The notes: generated by a model not told the origin, from the letters alone. A stretch of DNA of 64,000 bases from Octopus bimaculoides (GCF_001194135.2 NC_068981.1:176714682-176778681), one strand, 5' to 3'; shown: positions 23,660 through 36,519, numbered from the stretch's first letter. Program-made: numbers and translations.

Positions 23660-24178
23660 ATGTTGAAACTAAATGCAAAGACATTAGTTTTCTTCCTTAC
23701 ATACTTCCTTAAAGTTACTAGATTATATGGTTTTCTATCTGATGAGATATTTCGAAAAGCCTGTGAGTTTTGTGAGATTCCATCCTCATACATTTAGCGA
23801 TATAGATTTGCTAATAAAACACTGAAGTGCAGCCTAAGGGACCTATAATCCAAATATGCCACCATGAGTCAGACTCTAAGCCAACACAGTACTCTCTGCT
23901 ATGATTGACAAGATGGAGTCAAGTGTAACAGTAAGAACATATCAGATCTGATATCCTGTCTAGTCTGTGGATATGTAATTAAAAACCCAAGTCATAGCCA
24001 TAGTAGAAATGGACACGAGGAAGTAACATTTAGTGAATAGTAAATAGTGAGATATTTCTAAATGGGCATGAATTAAAATGCCAATCAAGTTCATTATTAC
24101 TAAATTCTCATGACATAACTTAACATGTCTGCTAATAAAGTTACTAGTTGGCAATTCTCCAGAACAACCAGCTAAATA

Positions 24179-24407
24179 TTGGGTTGTCCGGAAAGTTCGT
24201 GCCGATTTATAGTAGCTTACCTTTCGACTTATTTGCCATGAAACCACCTCAATTCTGGGAAGAGGGTATTTTCAAGTTAAAGGAAAGATGGAGATGCATT
24301 GTGCAACAAAATGGTTCATATTTGGTTGATTAAAAATGTAATGGCAAGTATTTATTGACTTTTTTTCTTTCCTTTAAAAATCGGCACAAACTTTCCGGAC
24401 AACCCAA
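24179..24407 (+). mobile_element. Mariner mini-element (229 bp) keeping only the transposase C-terminus
   Basis: 30-bp TIR ttgggttgtccggaaagtt(c/t)gtgccgattt with 1 mismatch; TA TSD; encodes FAMKPPQFWEEGIFKLKERWRCIVQQNGSYLVD*, a typical mariner C-terminus. Confidence 0.92.
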
Positions 24408-25270
24408 TATTTGCTTAGTTTTCAAGTAAAATTTTGAATTAATTGCATAACCCTTCAGATGTAGAATTATTTTTGCTTCTAGGAGTCAANNNNNNNNNNN
24501 NNNNNNNNNNNNNNNNNNNNNNNNNNNNNNNNNNNNNNNNNNNNNNNNNNNNNNNNNNNNNNNNNNNNNNNNNNNNNNNNNNNNNNNNNNNNNNNNNNNN
24601 NNNNNNNNNNNNNNNNNNNNNNNNNNNNNNNNNNNNNNNNNNNNNNNNNNNNNNNNNNNNNNNNNNNNNNNNNNNNNNNNNNNNNNNNNNNNNNNNNNNN
24701 NNNNNNNNNNNNNNNNNNNNNNNNNNNNNNNNNNNNNNNNNNNNNNNNNNNNNNNNNNNNNNNNNNNNNNNNNNNNNNNNNNNNNNNNNNNNNNNNNNNN
24801 NNNNNNNNNNNNNNNNNNNNNNNNNNNNNNNNNNNNNNNNNNNNNNNNNNNNNNNNNNNNNNNNNNNNNNNNNNNNNNNNNNNNNNNNNNNNNNNNNNNN
24901 NNNNNNNNNNNNNNNNNNNNNNNNNNNNNNNNNNNNNNNNNNNNNNNNNNNNNNNNNNNNNNNNNNNNNNNNNNNNNNNNNNNNNNNNNNNNNNNNNNNN
25001 NNNNNNNNNNNNNNNNNNNNNNNNNNNNNNNNNNNNNNNNNNNNNNNNNNNNNNNNNNNNNNNNNNNNNNNNNNNNNNNNNNNNNNNNNNNNNNNNNNNN
25101 NNNNNNNNNNNNNNNNNNNNNNNNNNNNNNNNNNNNNNNNNNNNNNNNNNNNNNNNNNNNNNNNNNNNNNNNNNNNNNNNNNNNNNNNNNNNNNNNNNNN
25201 NNNNNNNNNNNNNNNNNNNNNNNNNNNNNNNNNNNNNNNNNNNNNNNNNNNNNNNNNNNNNNNNNNNNNN

Positions 25271-25314
25271 GCATGGAAAGCGGACGTTAAACGATGATGA
25301 TGATGATGATGATG

Positions 25315-25372
<58 letters not shown>

Positions 25373-25626
25373 ATGTATGTGTTTGTGTGTCTGTGTTTGT
25401 CCCCCAACATTGCTTGACAACTGATGCTGGTGTGTTTATGTCCCTTAACTTAGCGGTTCGGTAAAAGAGACCGATAGAATAAGTACTAGGCTTCCAAAGA
25501 ATAAGTCCTGGGGTCGATTTGCTCAACTAAAGGNNNNNNNNNNTCCTGGGGTCGATTTGCTCAACTAAAGGCGGTGCTCCAGCATGGCCACAGTCAAATG
25601 ACTGAAACAAGTAAAAGAATAAAAGA
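25271..25626 (+). mobile_element. RTE tail plus SINE-A 3' half
   Basis: gcatggaaagcggacgttaaacgatgatgat, then (TA)n, then the SINE-A 3' half; 28 bp duplicated across the 10-N gap. Confidence 0.8.
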
Positions 25627-25779
25627 GTATTTAAGTGGGGATAAATATTACCTCTCGGTATTAATACTGACTGTCACTAATATATATTTCGTAACAAATA
25701 TTATGGATATTGACTTCTTATCTAATCATCAAATATTCAAATCACAGTCTGAAATATTCCTTTTTTTTAATAATACTTT

Positions 25780-26131
25780 CTATTATAGGCACAAGGCCTG
25801 AAATTTTGGGAGTTTGTTGGTCATTTACATCAACCTCAATGCTCTTCTGGTTATTTATTTATTTGACTGCAAAAGGATGAAAGGCAAAGTCCACATCGGC
25901 AGAACTTGAACTTAAAGTGTAAATATGGATGAAAAGCTGCAAAGCATTTTGTCCAGCAAGCTAGTAATTCTTATTTCTTTATTGCCCACAGTGGGGCTAA
26001 ACATAGAGGGGACAAACAAAGACAGATCAGATTGGAGCCTGGTGCAGCCATCTGGTTCGCTAGTCCTCAGTCAAATCGTCCAACCCATGCTAGCATGGAA
26101 AGCAGACATTAAACAATGATGATGATGATGA
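25780..26131. mobile_element. Old SINE-B (-) followed by a SINE-B tail (-) fused to an RTE-UTR tail (+)
   Basis: ggggctaaacatagaggggacaaacaaagac joined directly to agatcagattggagcctggtgcagcc. Confidence 0.7.
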
Positions 26132-26779
26132 CTGTATAGACATATTGATTCAGTGCACTAACATTGAGATCTATCATTTAAGAGGATTCTAAAATCGAAA
26201 CGATGACTTCATTATAGATATGCTCAGGGATGTTACTACTTAAATGAATACAGTTTACTATATATTATTTGTGGTAACATGAATGTTTATTTTAAGCAAA
26301 ACTGTGGCTAAAAATATGCAAAGAAAAGCCACAAAATCTTCACATCTTGATGGAGGTTAGACTTATGCATTTTGTAGGAGGTTAAACTTAAGCATTTTAA
26401 GCAAACTTCAATATTCAACAAATAGAGAAGTATGATATATGTGTCTTAGATAACAACAGAAAAAGACAATGTCAACAAAGCTGATATTTTGAAATTTTAT
26501 CAGTAATTAACAAGAAGTCGTTCTTATAAATTATGCAAGAACTGAGACAGAAGTAATATGATCTGGAAGAGATTATCAAGGGAAGCTGTGTAGTCAAAAA
26601 CCAACAGAAGAATTCAAAAGTAAAAATAAAGGATTTGAGGAATATTGAAAGAATATTAATTTAAAATGCACTTCTAATATGTAGAAATGATATATTACAA
26701 AATGATTGATAGGTTTTTACCCATCAAACAAAAAGCAAACTATGCTAAGTCAAACATAAAATGAACCTTAATTTTATTG

Positions 26780-27402
26780 GAGGTAATATTCATCCCCACT
26801 TAGACATGGTTGTTCTGTTAGAACAAGCTATACTGTGGTGTTTGTCATGAGAGAAACTCTCATAATGACTTTTGGTGCAAAATGTACTCTTGTTTATATT
26901 GCTTGCAGGGAGATAAATCCCTGCCATCTCCAGCACCGAGACACCAGATTACATGATATCAACCTTCCTTGATCTTGTCAATGGTGGATGCTAAACCACT
27001 AGAGATAGTAACGAGTTGTCTCTGCCAGCAATATATAGAATAAACAGTGCCAGAACAAGCACTGGTGTTGCAGTTAGCCACTGAGTTTGTTAAAAGATAT
27101 TTACTAGCAACAGAGACTATATTAAAACTAAGAGGTAATATTCAATTTACCCCCACTGAAACATGGATGTTCTTTTAGAGCTAAATATACTGCAATAGTT
27201 ACCATCACTGAGAAGAGCAAGGAAGATTGAAATCACGTGATCTGGTGGTCTCAACACTAAAGATAATGGGGATTTATCTCCCTACTAGCAATATAAACAA
27301 GAGTGCATTTTGCATCAAAAGCCACTATGGGAGTTTCTCTCATGGTATCTAACAGAACATCTATGTCTAAGTGAGGATAAATATTAACTCTCAGCATTAA
27401 TA
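26780..27402. mobile_element. Old long-TIR (fold-back/MITE-like) element
   Basis: 26780-26978 aligns to the reverse complement of 27210-27402; 27133-27200 is a partial direct copy of the left arm. Confidence 0.7.
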
Positions 27403-27430
27403 CTGCCTCTGTTGCTAATATATATATATT

Positions 27431-28038
27431 CTAACTTTCTTGAGACCAACCTGCCTGAAATCAATCTTGATTCTATGATACAAACCTCCTGTTTTAAAGT
27501 GATCTAAATTCAAACCTTCCATCAAAGTTTCATCATCATCATCATCATCATCGTTTAACGTCCGCTTTCCATGCTAGTATGGGTTGGACGATTTGACTGA
27601 GGACTGGCAAGCTGGATGGCTGCACCAGGCTTCAATCTGATCTGGTAGAGCTTCTACAGCTGGATGCCCTTCCTAACGCCAACCACTCCAAGAGTGTAGT
27701 GGTTGCTTTTACGTGCCACCGGCACGAAGGCCAGTCAGGAGGTACTGGCGACGGCCACGCTTGAAATGGTGTATTTTACGTGCCACCTGCACAGGAGCCA
27801 GTCCATCGGCACTGGCAACAATCTCGCTCGAATGTCTTTTCACGTGCCACTGGCACAAGTGCCAGGAAGGCGACGCTGGTAACGATCAATGGCCACGCGG
27901 ATCATATTAATTTATATTCCAAACACTAACTTAATAATGACAACATTATTTTAATAAATTCCTCATCATTTTCAAAGTTAATTAAAGAAAAGAAAAAAGA
28001 AATGTGATTCAACAGAAATATAGTAACAAAAGGGTCAA
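27431..28038. mobile_element. piggyBac-like MITE family 2 with a nested RTE-UTR (-) at 27531-27900
   Basis: Homologous to 8613-8820 on both sides of the insertion; right end aacaaaagggtcaa. Confidence 0.75.
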
Positions 28039-28194
28039 AAGCATGCTAATTCTACATAGATTACAACTAAACCTGCTGTACAACATAAGTTGTTATATCA
28101 TTATCTTTTTTACTGTCCAATAGGATGCAGTCACACAATAACTACTTATATTTTTCTTCATTCAAACAAATATATAACTACAAAATGATGATGA

Positions 28195-28228
<34 letters not shown>

Positions 28229-28367
28229 GGTGGTGGTGGTGGTGGTGGTGGTGGTGGTGGTGGTGGTGGTGGTGGTGGTGGTGATGATGATGATGATGAT
28301 GATGATGATGGTGATGGTGATGATGGTGATGATGATGATGATGATGATGATGACGACGATGACGATG

Positions 28368-28399
<32 letters not shown>

Positions 28400-28676
28400 A
28401 GTGGACGTTAGATTAAAGTTAAAATCCTGTTATAGTTCCATTCTTATACAAGGCATACATAATATTTTGCTTATTTTATTCAGCATAACAGTATATTTTT
28501 AAGTCAGGTGTCATATAAATAACACCTGACTAAAAACGTTTTTGTCTTTTTTTCCAAGATTTATTTTAACAAATATGAAATCTTGAGTTTATAAGAAAAA
28601 AAATCATCTTGAGAATGTCTATATAAAAATATCGAAGATAACAAAATCAAATTTTAAAATTGCCTATAATACCTAC

Positions 28677-30140
28677 CTAGAACTGTTAAAATCAGTATAC
28701 AAGACCAAGAAGTAGCTCCTGGGCAAGGGAACCTGATACTGGAAGACCCAAAATTTCCTGTGATCCTAGAAACATAAGCGATGATGCATCTTATAACCAG
28801 TATAGAACAGTTCTCAAGATGGGAAAGACAATGTACTTTCGGAGTTTTTTCTTTAGTTCTTACTTTAAAAATTTCTGTCTTCAAAAGAGATTATGCTCAC
28901 CATCTGCCTTCTATATTTCCATGTAAATGGAAATCTCTTTTTCTGAATTTGTGCAGGAAACTCTCAATACGAAAATAATCAACCAGATCCCATATCTTCA
29001 AGTCACCAAAGTCTTCTTTCTCCAATCTGTGTTCCCTTTAGACTGCTTCTTCAAAATGTTTGTTGATGATAAAAAGAGAAAAATCTCCATTTCTTTCTGG
29101 TGATTTAGACTTGATATGTATCATTGGAAAGAAAGAAAGAATCAAGTTATTTTATTATTTATATCATCTTAAACATATTGTTCACATTATATAAAATCTT
29201 AAGCCATTATTTTAGACATTTATATTCAAGGGTTAGAAAGCTGGAAAGACAAACCCTTGTTCCAGTTGTAATACACTGGACAGAAATAGAAGGACAGCTT
29301 TATTTATCATGCAGATATACTTTTCACAAACTCACAAAAGAAGAGTTGACAGGATACTGAGAACGGAAATCAATTTTTTTGATTTTTTTGTTTACTTTTA
29401 GCTTGCTTTTCTTTTATCAATTTGACAAATAGATCATAACAGACAATAACCTCTTTCAGTCTTAATAACAAATGATGTTGACCTTATGTTAGGGACAACT
29501 CTGCAGGCTTTAACCTTGTTAGATAAAGTTAATGGTATTTTTTTTTTCTTTCCTCCACCACATAAATAGATCTTGAACAGATTTGAATGAAATAATAAAA
29601 ACTCAGCTGTTGAGTAGTCTTTAAATAATGGTACACTTCTTTCCAGTAAGCTTTATACTAACATCTCACCTTTTCAACCTCTTACTAACAAGGCTACAAT
29701 GACATTTAAATGCTTGCCATCAGGAGCCAGAATCTCTTCAAATTTTAGAAACAATTTATTTGGGGAATACTAAAATTATTCTACTTCTGTTCTATTTATT
29801 CTAGTTCTCTTCTATCAGAATGATTTTCCTCTATTTAGTTTCAATTTCCCCACAAAGAAACTCCATTAATTTTATCAATGAGAACACAACAGAAATTCAT
29901 ATTTTCCATGTAGAGAATTCCTGGTAAAAGCAGTCTGTAAAATTGGTTTCAATAATTACTTGACAGCAGTGAAAGAAAATATTGTATTCAAATTCAATGA
30001 AGGAATTAACCTGTTGGGCAGAAAGAATAGGAGAAATGTGTTTCCGTGAAGCTAAATGTTATGCTATAAAGCCACCATCTTTCTTTGTTATTGAAGAAAA
30101 CAGAAGCAATGTGGTTTTATCTATTGAGCTTTCAGTGTAA

Positions 30141-30189
<49 letters not shown>

Positions 30190-30432
30190 NNNNNNNNNNN
30201 NNNNNNNNNNNNNNNNNNNNNNNNNNNNNNNNNNNNNNNNNNNNNNNNNNNNNNNNNNNNNNNNNNNNNNNNNNNNNNNNNNNNNNNNNNNNNNNNNNNN
30301 NNNNNNNNNNNNNNNNNNNNNNNNNNNNNNNNNNNNNNNNNNNNNNNNNNNNNNNNNNNNNNNNNNNNNNNNNNNNNNNNNNNNNNNNNNNNNNNNNNNN
30401 NNNNNNNNNNNNNNNNNNNNNNNNNNNNNNNN

Positions 30433-30489
<57 letters not shown>

Positions 30490-30664
30490 CTATTTTATAC
30501 ACATGCTCATACGCATACTTCCACAACAACTTCATGAAAAGTGTCTTTAAAAGTTTCGGACATTCTTTCAACCATCCACATATTGTTCTCCTTCCATTGT
30601 ATTACCATTGAAGTTCCAAGAAGGGACAAGCTCATTCCATCATAGGAAATGTTATGAAAAATCC
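28677..30664 (-). CDS. Cluster of candidate small coding exons, gene unidentified (30519-30664, 29960-30010, 29686-29769, 29336-29356, possibly 28901-29035 and 28677-28765)
   Basis: Mostly repeat-free interval with AG/GT-bounded open frames. The first four join in phase: IFHNISYDGMSLSLLGTSMVIQWKENNMWMVERMSETFKDTFHEVVVE|VNSFIEFEYNIFFHCCQ|YSPNKLFLKFEEILAPDGKHLNVIVALL|YPVNSSF. No domain recognised. Confidence 0.35.
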
Positions 30665-30699
30665 CTAGTCAGATACTGATGTTCATTACACACATTCTT

Positions 30700-30731
<32 letters not shown>

Positions 30732-31257
30732 ATTTCTCCATTCTTAATAAGTGACAGAACACAATAAGATGTGGGAAAAGAAATTAAATTAAATATCTTC
30801 ATCTTAAATCCTTTGTGGGCCCTTTCAGAGATACAATTCAGTGTACATTAATATTTCTTCATTACTTTTAGTTTGAATGTTTTGAATTCGAAGATTTAAA
30901 TTAATGAACAAAAGGCAAATATTTTGCCATCAAATCATCCTATTCTTCAACAGCATTATGAAGATTACCAACATTTTAAAATCCTATTTTCTAAACCAGC
31001 TTGGGTTGGACAGGTTTATAATAACTTCAATCTTTATTTCGTCTTGATCTTGTATCATTCACATGTCAGATCTGGCATTCTTTGGTCAGCTCTTCTGAAA
31101 TTTTCCCCTGACACTAACAAGGATAATAAAGCTCATGTCAGGAGTTGCTGGTAATATATAACTGACAAATTTAAATAGTGTCTTCTACTATAACCCCAGG
31201 CTGACCAAAGACTTAAGAGTGGATTTGGTAAATGGAAGCTGAAAAAAAAAACCATCA

Positions 31258-31790
31258 GGCATGGCTATGTGGTAAGATGCTTGCTTCCCAACCACATGGT
31301 CCTGGGTTCAGTCCCATTGTGTGGCACTTTGGGCAAGTGTCTTGTACTATAACCTCAGGCTGAGTGGATTTCATAGATGAAAATTGAAAGAAGCCTGTTG
31401 TGTATATATATATGTATCTATCTACATATATATATATATAATTATAAGATCTGGTAATTAGTCATATATTAATATATTAATTAATATCGATTAATTATCA
31501 GGGGGCCAGCACATTTAAAGAATCAAAGAGATTCAGAAATATTATCTGCAATCTCATATATATATATATATTTGTGTCTGTGTTTGTTCCCCCCACCACC
31601 ACCACCACCATTGCTTGACAACTGATGGTGGTGCATATATGTACCCATAACGTAGCAGTCCAGCAAAAGAAACAGATAGAATAAGTAATAGGCTTACAAA
31701 GAATAAGTCCTGGAATCGATTTGTTCAACTAAAGGTGGTGCTCCAGCATGGCAGCTGCAGCCAAATGACTGAAACAAGTAAAAGAATAAA
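31258..31790 (+). mobile_element. SINE-A, degraded or rearranged
   Basis: Head at about 31258; tail gactgaaacaagtaaaagaataaaa at about 31790. Confidence 0.75.
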
Positions 31791-31802
31791 AAAATATACA
31801 TA

Positions 31803-32022
31803 TGAAGGGGTGCCGAAGAATTTCTGGCTTTAAAGGTATCCCAAAAGGCCTGGTTGGAGGTCCAACCTTCCAAGTTCTTTAACAGGGCTTAGGAAACCTG
31901 AAGAATTGGTGCAATAATAAGTGCATGAATCTGAGAGAGGAATATGTGAAATAGAATCATAAGTAACTGATCCTCTTGTATTTTCTTTTATCCAATGCCA
32001 GGAACTTTTCAGCACCAATTCA
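31803..32022 (+). mobile_element. Second mariner-derived mini-element (degraded)
   Basis: Imperfect TIR ggtgccgaagaatttctggc / gccaggaacttttcagcacc; internal KCMNLREEYVK* resembles a mariner C-terminus. Confidence 0.7.
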
Positions 32023-32271
32023 TGTGTGTGTGTGTGTGTGTGTGTNNNNNNNNNNNNNNNNNNNNNNNNNNNNNNNNNNNNNNNNNNNNNNNNNNNNNNN
32101 NNNNNNNNNNNNNNNNNNNNNNNNNNNNNNNNNNNNNNNNNNNNNNNNNNNNNNNNNNNNNNNNNNNNNNNNNNNNNNNNNNNNNNNNNNNNNNNNNNNN
32201 NNNNNNNNNNNNNNNNNNNNNNNNNNNNNNNNNNNNNNNNNNNNNNNNNNNNNNNNNNNNNNNNNNNNNNN

Positions 32272-32362
32272 GATGGCTACACCAGATGGCTACACCAGAT
32301 GGCTACACCAGATGGCTACACCAGATGGCTACACCAGATGGCTACACCAGATGGCTACATCA
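32272..32362. repeat. 13-bp minisatellite (GATGGCTACACCA) x7, left end in a gap
   Basis: Units start at 32272, 32285, 32298, 32311, 32324, 32337 and 32350; the unit is identical to RTE-UTR sequence at 61831-61843. Confidence 0.95.
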
Positions 32363-32679
32363 GACTCCAATCTGATCTGGCAGAGTTTCTACAGCTGGAT
32401 GCTCTTCCTAACGCCAACCACTCAGAGAGTATAGTGGGTGCTTTTACATGCCACCAGCATGAAGGCCAGTCCGGCAGTACTGGCAACGGCCACACTCAAA
32501 TGGTGTTTTTTACGTGCCACCTGCACAGGAGTCAGTCCATTGTTTTGTTCACATGCCACTGGCACAAGTGCCAGTAAGGCGAAGCTAGAAACGATTGTGC
32601 TCAAATGGTGCTTTTTACGTAAAAATTGTGCTTTTTACGTAAAAATGCTAGCATGGAAAGCAGACGTTAAACGATGATG
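32272..32679. mobile_element. RTE-UTR with an inverted 5' part (-) and a forward tail (+)
   Basis: About 32272-32625 is minus-strand UTR; 32645-32679 is the plus-strand tail atgctagcatggaaagcagacgttaaacgatgatg. Confidence 0.75.
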
Positions 32680-33319
32680 TAATATAGGAGAATAAATGAA
32701 TGTAACTGGCTTTAATCAGGAGGCATTGCTAATGCCTTTTAAAACCAAAGTAAATCTCCTGCCAGAATTGGTGCTTTGAAGAAAAGAGCTTTGACATTTT
32801 TCTTTTTTTTTTTTTTTTAGCTTTCCTCTGCCAAATCTTCCTCAAAACGCACCATAACATCTTAGAGGAAAAAATAACCAAAAAGAACACCCCACCCCCA
32901 CCCCGCCGTATGAAAACAAGATGGATTGGCCTGAAATACTTAACTTTCTATCATAGATATGTTCAATCAGAGTTAACCTTGGAGCTAAATAACAGTAATT
33001 TAACAGTTTCCGTGACCCAAAGCAATAGTGTATGATCACAGCTGGACTTGGGTTAAACAATAACTGAATAACATACAGTTTCTTTCGTTTACTAGTTTTT
33101 TTTTTTTTCATTTTAATTTTTATTTTTATTTTCTTTGAATATCAAATAGAATTTAAGTTTATTTGAAGTTATATTAGTTTCTGAGCCGAATTCACAGCAG
33201 TAACTTAAGAGTAAGTAAAGAGGGTGGCTGGCTGGCAATAAGGGAAGGGTGATGTTGCAAGAGGAGAGAAAGGAAAGGGCAGAGCTGTGGTGTTGTTGAT
33301 GACAGTGGTGATGGTGGTG

Positions 33320-33320
33320 C

Positions 33321-33353
<33 letters not shown>

Positions 33354-33388
33354 GGGGGGGTATCAGTAATAGTAGTAGTAGTAGTAGT

Positions 33389-33444
<56 letters not shown>

Positions 33445-33548
33445 TAGTAGTAGTGGGGGGTGATGGTGGTGTCAGTAATAGCAGTAGTAGTAGTAGTAGT
33501 AATTGTGGTGGTGGTGGTAGTAGTAGAAGTAGTAATTGTGGTGGTGAC

Positions 33549-33579
<31 letters not shown>

Positions 33580-33594
33580 ATTGCGGTGGGTGGC

Positions 33595-33625
<31 letters not shown>

Positions 33626-33700
33626 ATTGTGGTGGTGACAGTAGTAGTAGTAGTAGTAGTAGTAGTAATTGTGGTAGCAGCAGCAGCAGCAGCTACAGTA
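33320..33700. repeat. Compound (TAG/CAG/GGT)n array with a higher-order unit
   Basis: aattg(t/c)gg recurs at 33501, 33534, 33579, 33625 and 33667. Confidence 0.9.
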
Positions 33701-36262
33701 GGCGTTGTAGTGATAATGCCAGTGACAAGATGGAAGTGACAAGAGGGTGATAGAGAATATGGTAATCTGCATGATGATGGACAAGGTGGTAATGAGGAGG
33801 GAGGGGGAAGGCGAGGGGTATGAAGAAATATGTGGAGGGTGCGGGGGAGAGGGGGGAGAAGGGGGAGAAGCAGGGAAGAGTTTCCATAGGATAGAGGGGG
33901 GGTGAGGCAGGGGAGCAAGTAGGGGGAGTGAGTCTCATCAAGGGTCATAATTGTAGAAAAACAAACTTGGGTGTGGATGACAAGTAAGGGAGGTGGGTGC
34001 CCGNNNNNNNNNNNNNNNNNNNNNNNNNNNNNNNNNNNNNNNNNNNNNNNNNNNNNNNNNNNNNNNNNNNNNNNNNNNNNNNNNNNNNNNNNNNNNNNNN
34101 NNNNNNNNNNNNNNNNNNNNNNNNNNNNNNNNNNNNNNNNNNNNNNNNNNNNNNNNNNNNNNNNNNNNNNNNNNNNNNNNNNNNNNNNNNNNNNNNNNNN
34201 NNNNNNNNNNNNNNNNNNNNNNNNNNNNNNNNNNNNNNNNNNNNNNNNNNNNNNNNNNNNNNNNNNNNNNNNNNNNNNNNNNNNNNNNNNNNNNNNNNNN
34301 NNNNNNNNNNNNNNNNNNNNNNNNNNNNNNNNNNNNNNNNNNNNNNNNNNNNNNNNNNNNNNNNNNNNNNNNNNNNNNNNNNNNNNNNNNNNNNNNNNNN
34401 NNNNNNNNNNNNNNNNNNNNNNNNNNNNNNNNNNNNNNNNNNNNNNNNNNNNNNNNNNNNNNNNNNNNNNNNNNNNNNNNNNNNNNNNNNNNNNNNNNNN
34501 NNNNNNNNNNNNNNNNNNNNNNNNNNNNNGGAAGGAATTAAAAAGGAAAGGGATGCGTAGTTTTGAAGCCCTTGGAAAACCAAATATGTATAGAGGATTT
34601 AGAGTAACAGCTTGGAGACGTGGACCGCCTATTTGTTCCCCCCCTGAGGCTTTATTAACTTCAGCTTGCTTCTATTTCTGAAAACTGTCTGATGGCTGAA
34701 TATAGTATCAAAAGACAGTTTCTTCATCTTACATTATTAACTTGCACAGATAAAGCAGGAGCGTATTCAAGATGGACAATTCCATTGTAAAGGAGGAAAA
34801 AAGAATTATTGGTGATTATACTTCATGTTTATTAATGTGAATATGGCTTATGGAAATATACCATTTTGGTGTGGAGTAGAGATATAACGTGTTTCTTAGA
34901 TAGGTGTAAAGCCAGACGTTCTGATGTGAGAGGTAGGTACACAGTCAATTGAATCAAGTCAAATAAGTAAATAGGAGAGTTCGGTTGCTATGAGAAAGTG
35001 AAGAATGAAATGTTCTGGGCTTTTGCTCTTGGTTTGAGTGCGAGGAAGATAGATTAATGTATAGAGAGAGGGAGGAGGGAGAGAGAAAAAAGAGAGAGAT
35101 CCAGGGGCAGAGAAAGAATGTCACTTTGGTTACAAGCTAACTAAGGATGGAGGCAATGAAGTGAAGGAGAGTAAGGAGAGTTTTGTGTGTGTGTGTGTGT
35201 GTATGTGTGTGTGAGTGTGGGTGAGTGTGTGAGGGGGATAGAGAAAGAGAAGGAAAGAAAGAGGGAGAGAAAGGGTGATCTAAAACATGTGGGTGGGGGT
35301 AAGAGGCCAGAGGATGGGGAACAAAAGAGGAAGTATAGAATGAAAGAGTTGGCGGAAAAGTGGGGCCAAAGTTTTAAGACAGGCTGAAGAGATGAGGTAC
35401 GTACGGCACCTTGAGCAAGTATCTTCTACTAGTAGCCAGGGGCCAACCCATATCTTGTGAGTGAATTTGGTAAGATGGAAACTGTATGGAAGCCCATCCT
35501 CTGTGTGTGTGTGTGTCTCACTGTTCAATGACCAATAGGGATATATGTCCCTATAACTTAACATTTATGTCCCTATAAGAGCAAAAACTGTACAGACAGT
35601 GTTGACTTGAGAGCAGTGAGCTAATATACAGCCTATATACAAATCGTCACTGCAGGTTGTTCAGTAAGATGTTGAGGAACCCTCATCTAATGTCTATGAC
35701 AGGATAGTCCACGATAACTAACATAATAATATGACTAAGTTTACCACTCTATTATATCTAAGTCACCAACCTCTAAGAATGAGATTTTCATATTAGAACA
35801 AGCCACACTTTCTAACATAGGCAATTACTCAGAAGGTTGCATGCAGACAGTAGAACTGACTCAGCATATGACAGGTATTTGTCTTAACTCTGGAGGGACA
35901 AAAAGTTAAGTCAATTCTGGTGGGAAATGAACCCAGAACATAGTTATATATCACCAGACTGCTCTCTTCTCTTTTCCCCTCGCCACTCACCTTTTAGTCT
36001 TCCTGTGTTATACTTTCGATTTCATATCTTCAGAGTAGGTGGTTGAAATAACAGGCTAGTTACTTCATCTGTTACCTTTACAGACGGTGAGAATTTTGAT
36101 TTATTTGAGGAGGAAGATCGAAGAGATTTCCTGAGCAACATATACCCATATTGACACATTAGCTTCATTATTATTAAATTATTATTTTATAATTATAATT
36201 TCAGGAAAGTAAAATAGAATAAGTAAATTTATTCTGAGCCACTATGCAATATATACTCTCTC

Positions 36263-36460
36263 TCTCTTTTACTTGTTTCAGTCATTTGACTGTGGCCATG
36301 CTGGAACACCGCCTTTAGTCAAGCAAATCAACCCCAGGACTTATTCTTTGGAAGCTTAGTACTTATTCTATCGGACACTTTTGCCGAACCGCTAAGTTAC
36401 AGGGACGTAAACATACCATCATCGGTTGTCAATCGATGTTGGGGGACAAACACAGACACA

Positions 36461-36519
<59 letters not shown>

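Noticed and set aside
23739-23775. Hammerhead-like CTGATGAgatatttcGAAA
   Set aside because: Only a 2-bp stem II, poor stems I and III, and no homologous flanks; likely chance.
32272-32362. CRISPR-like array
   Set aside because: Head-to-tail 13-mers with no spacers and no cas genes, in eukaryotic context.
34600-34830. Minus-strand YNGIVHLEYAP resembling a mariner catalytic segment
   Set aside because: Only about 10 residues match, and the flanks do not continue the similarity.
35975-36165. Strong splice-like motifs on both strands
   Set aside because: Nearly all bounded frames contain stops; this shows how often such motifs arise by chance here.
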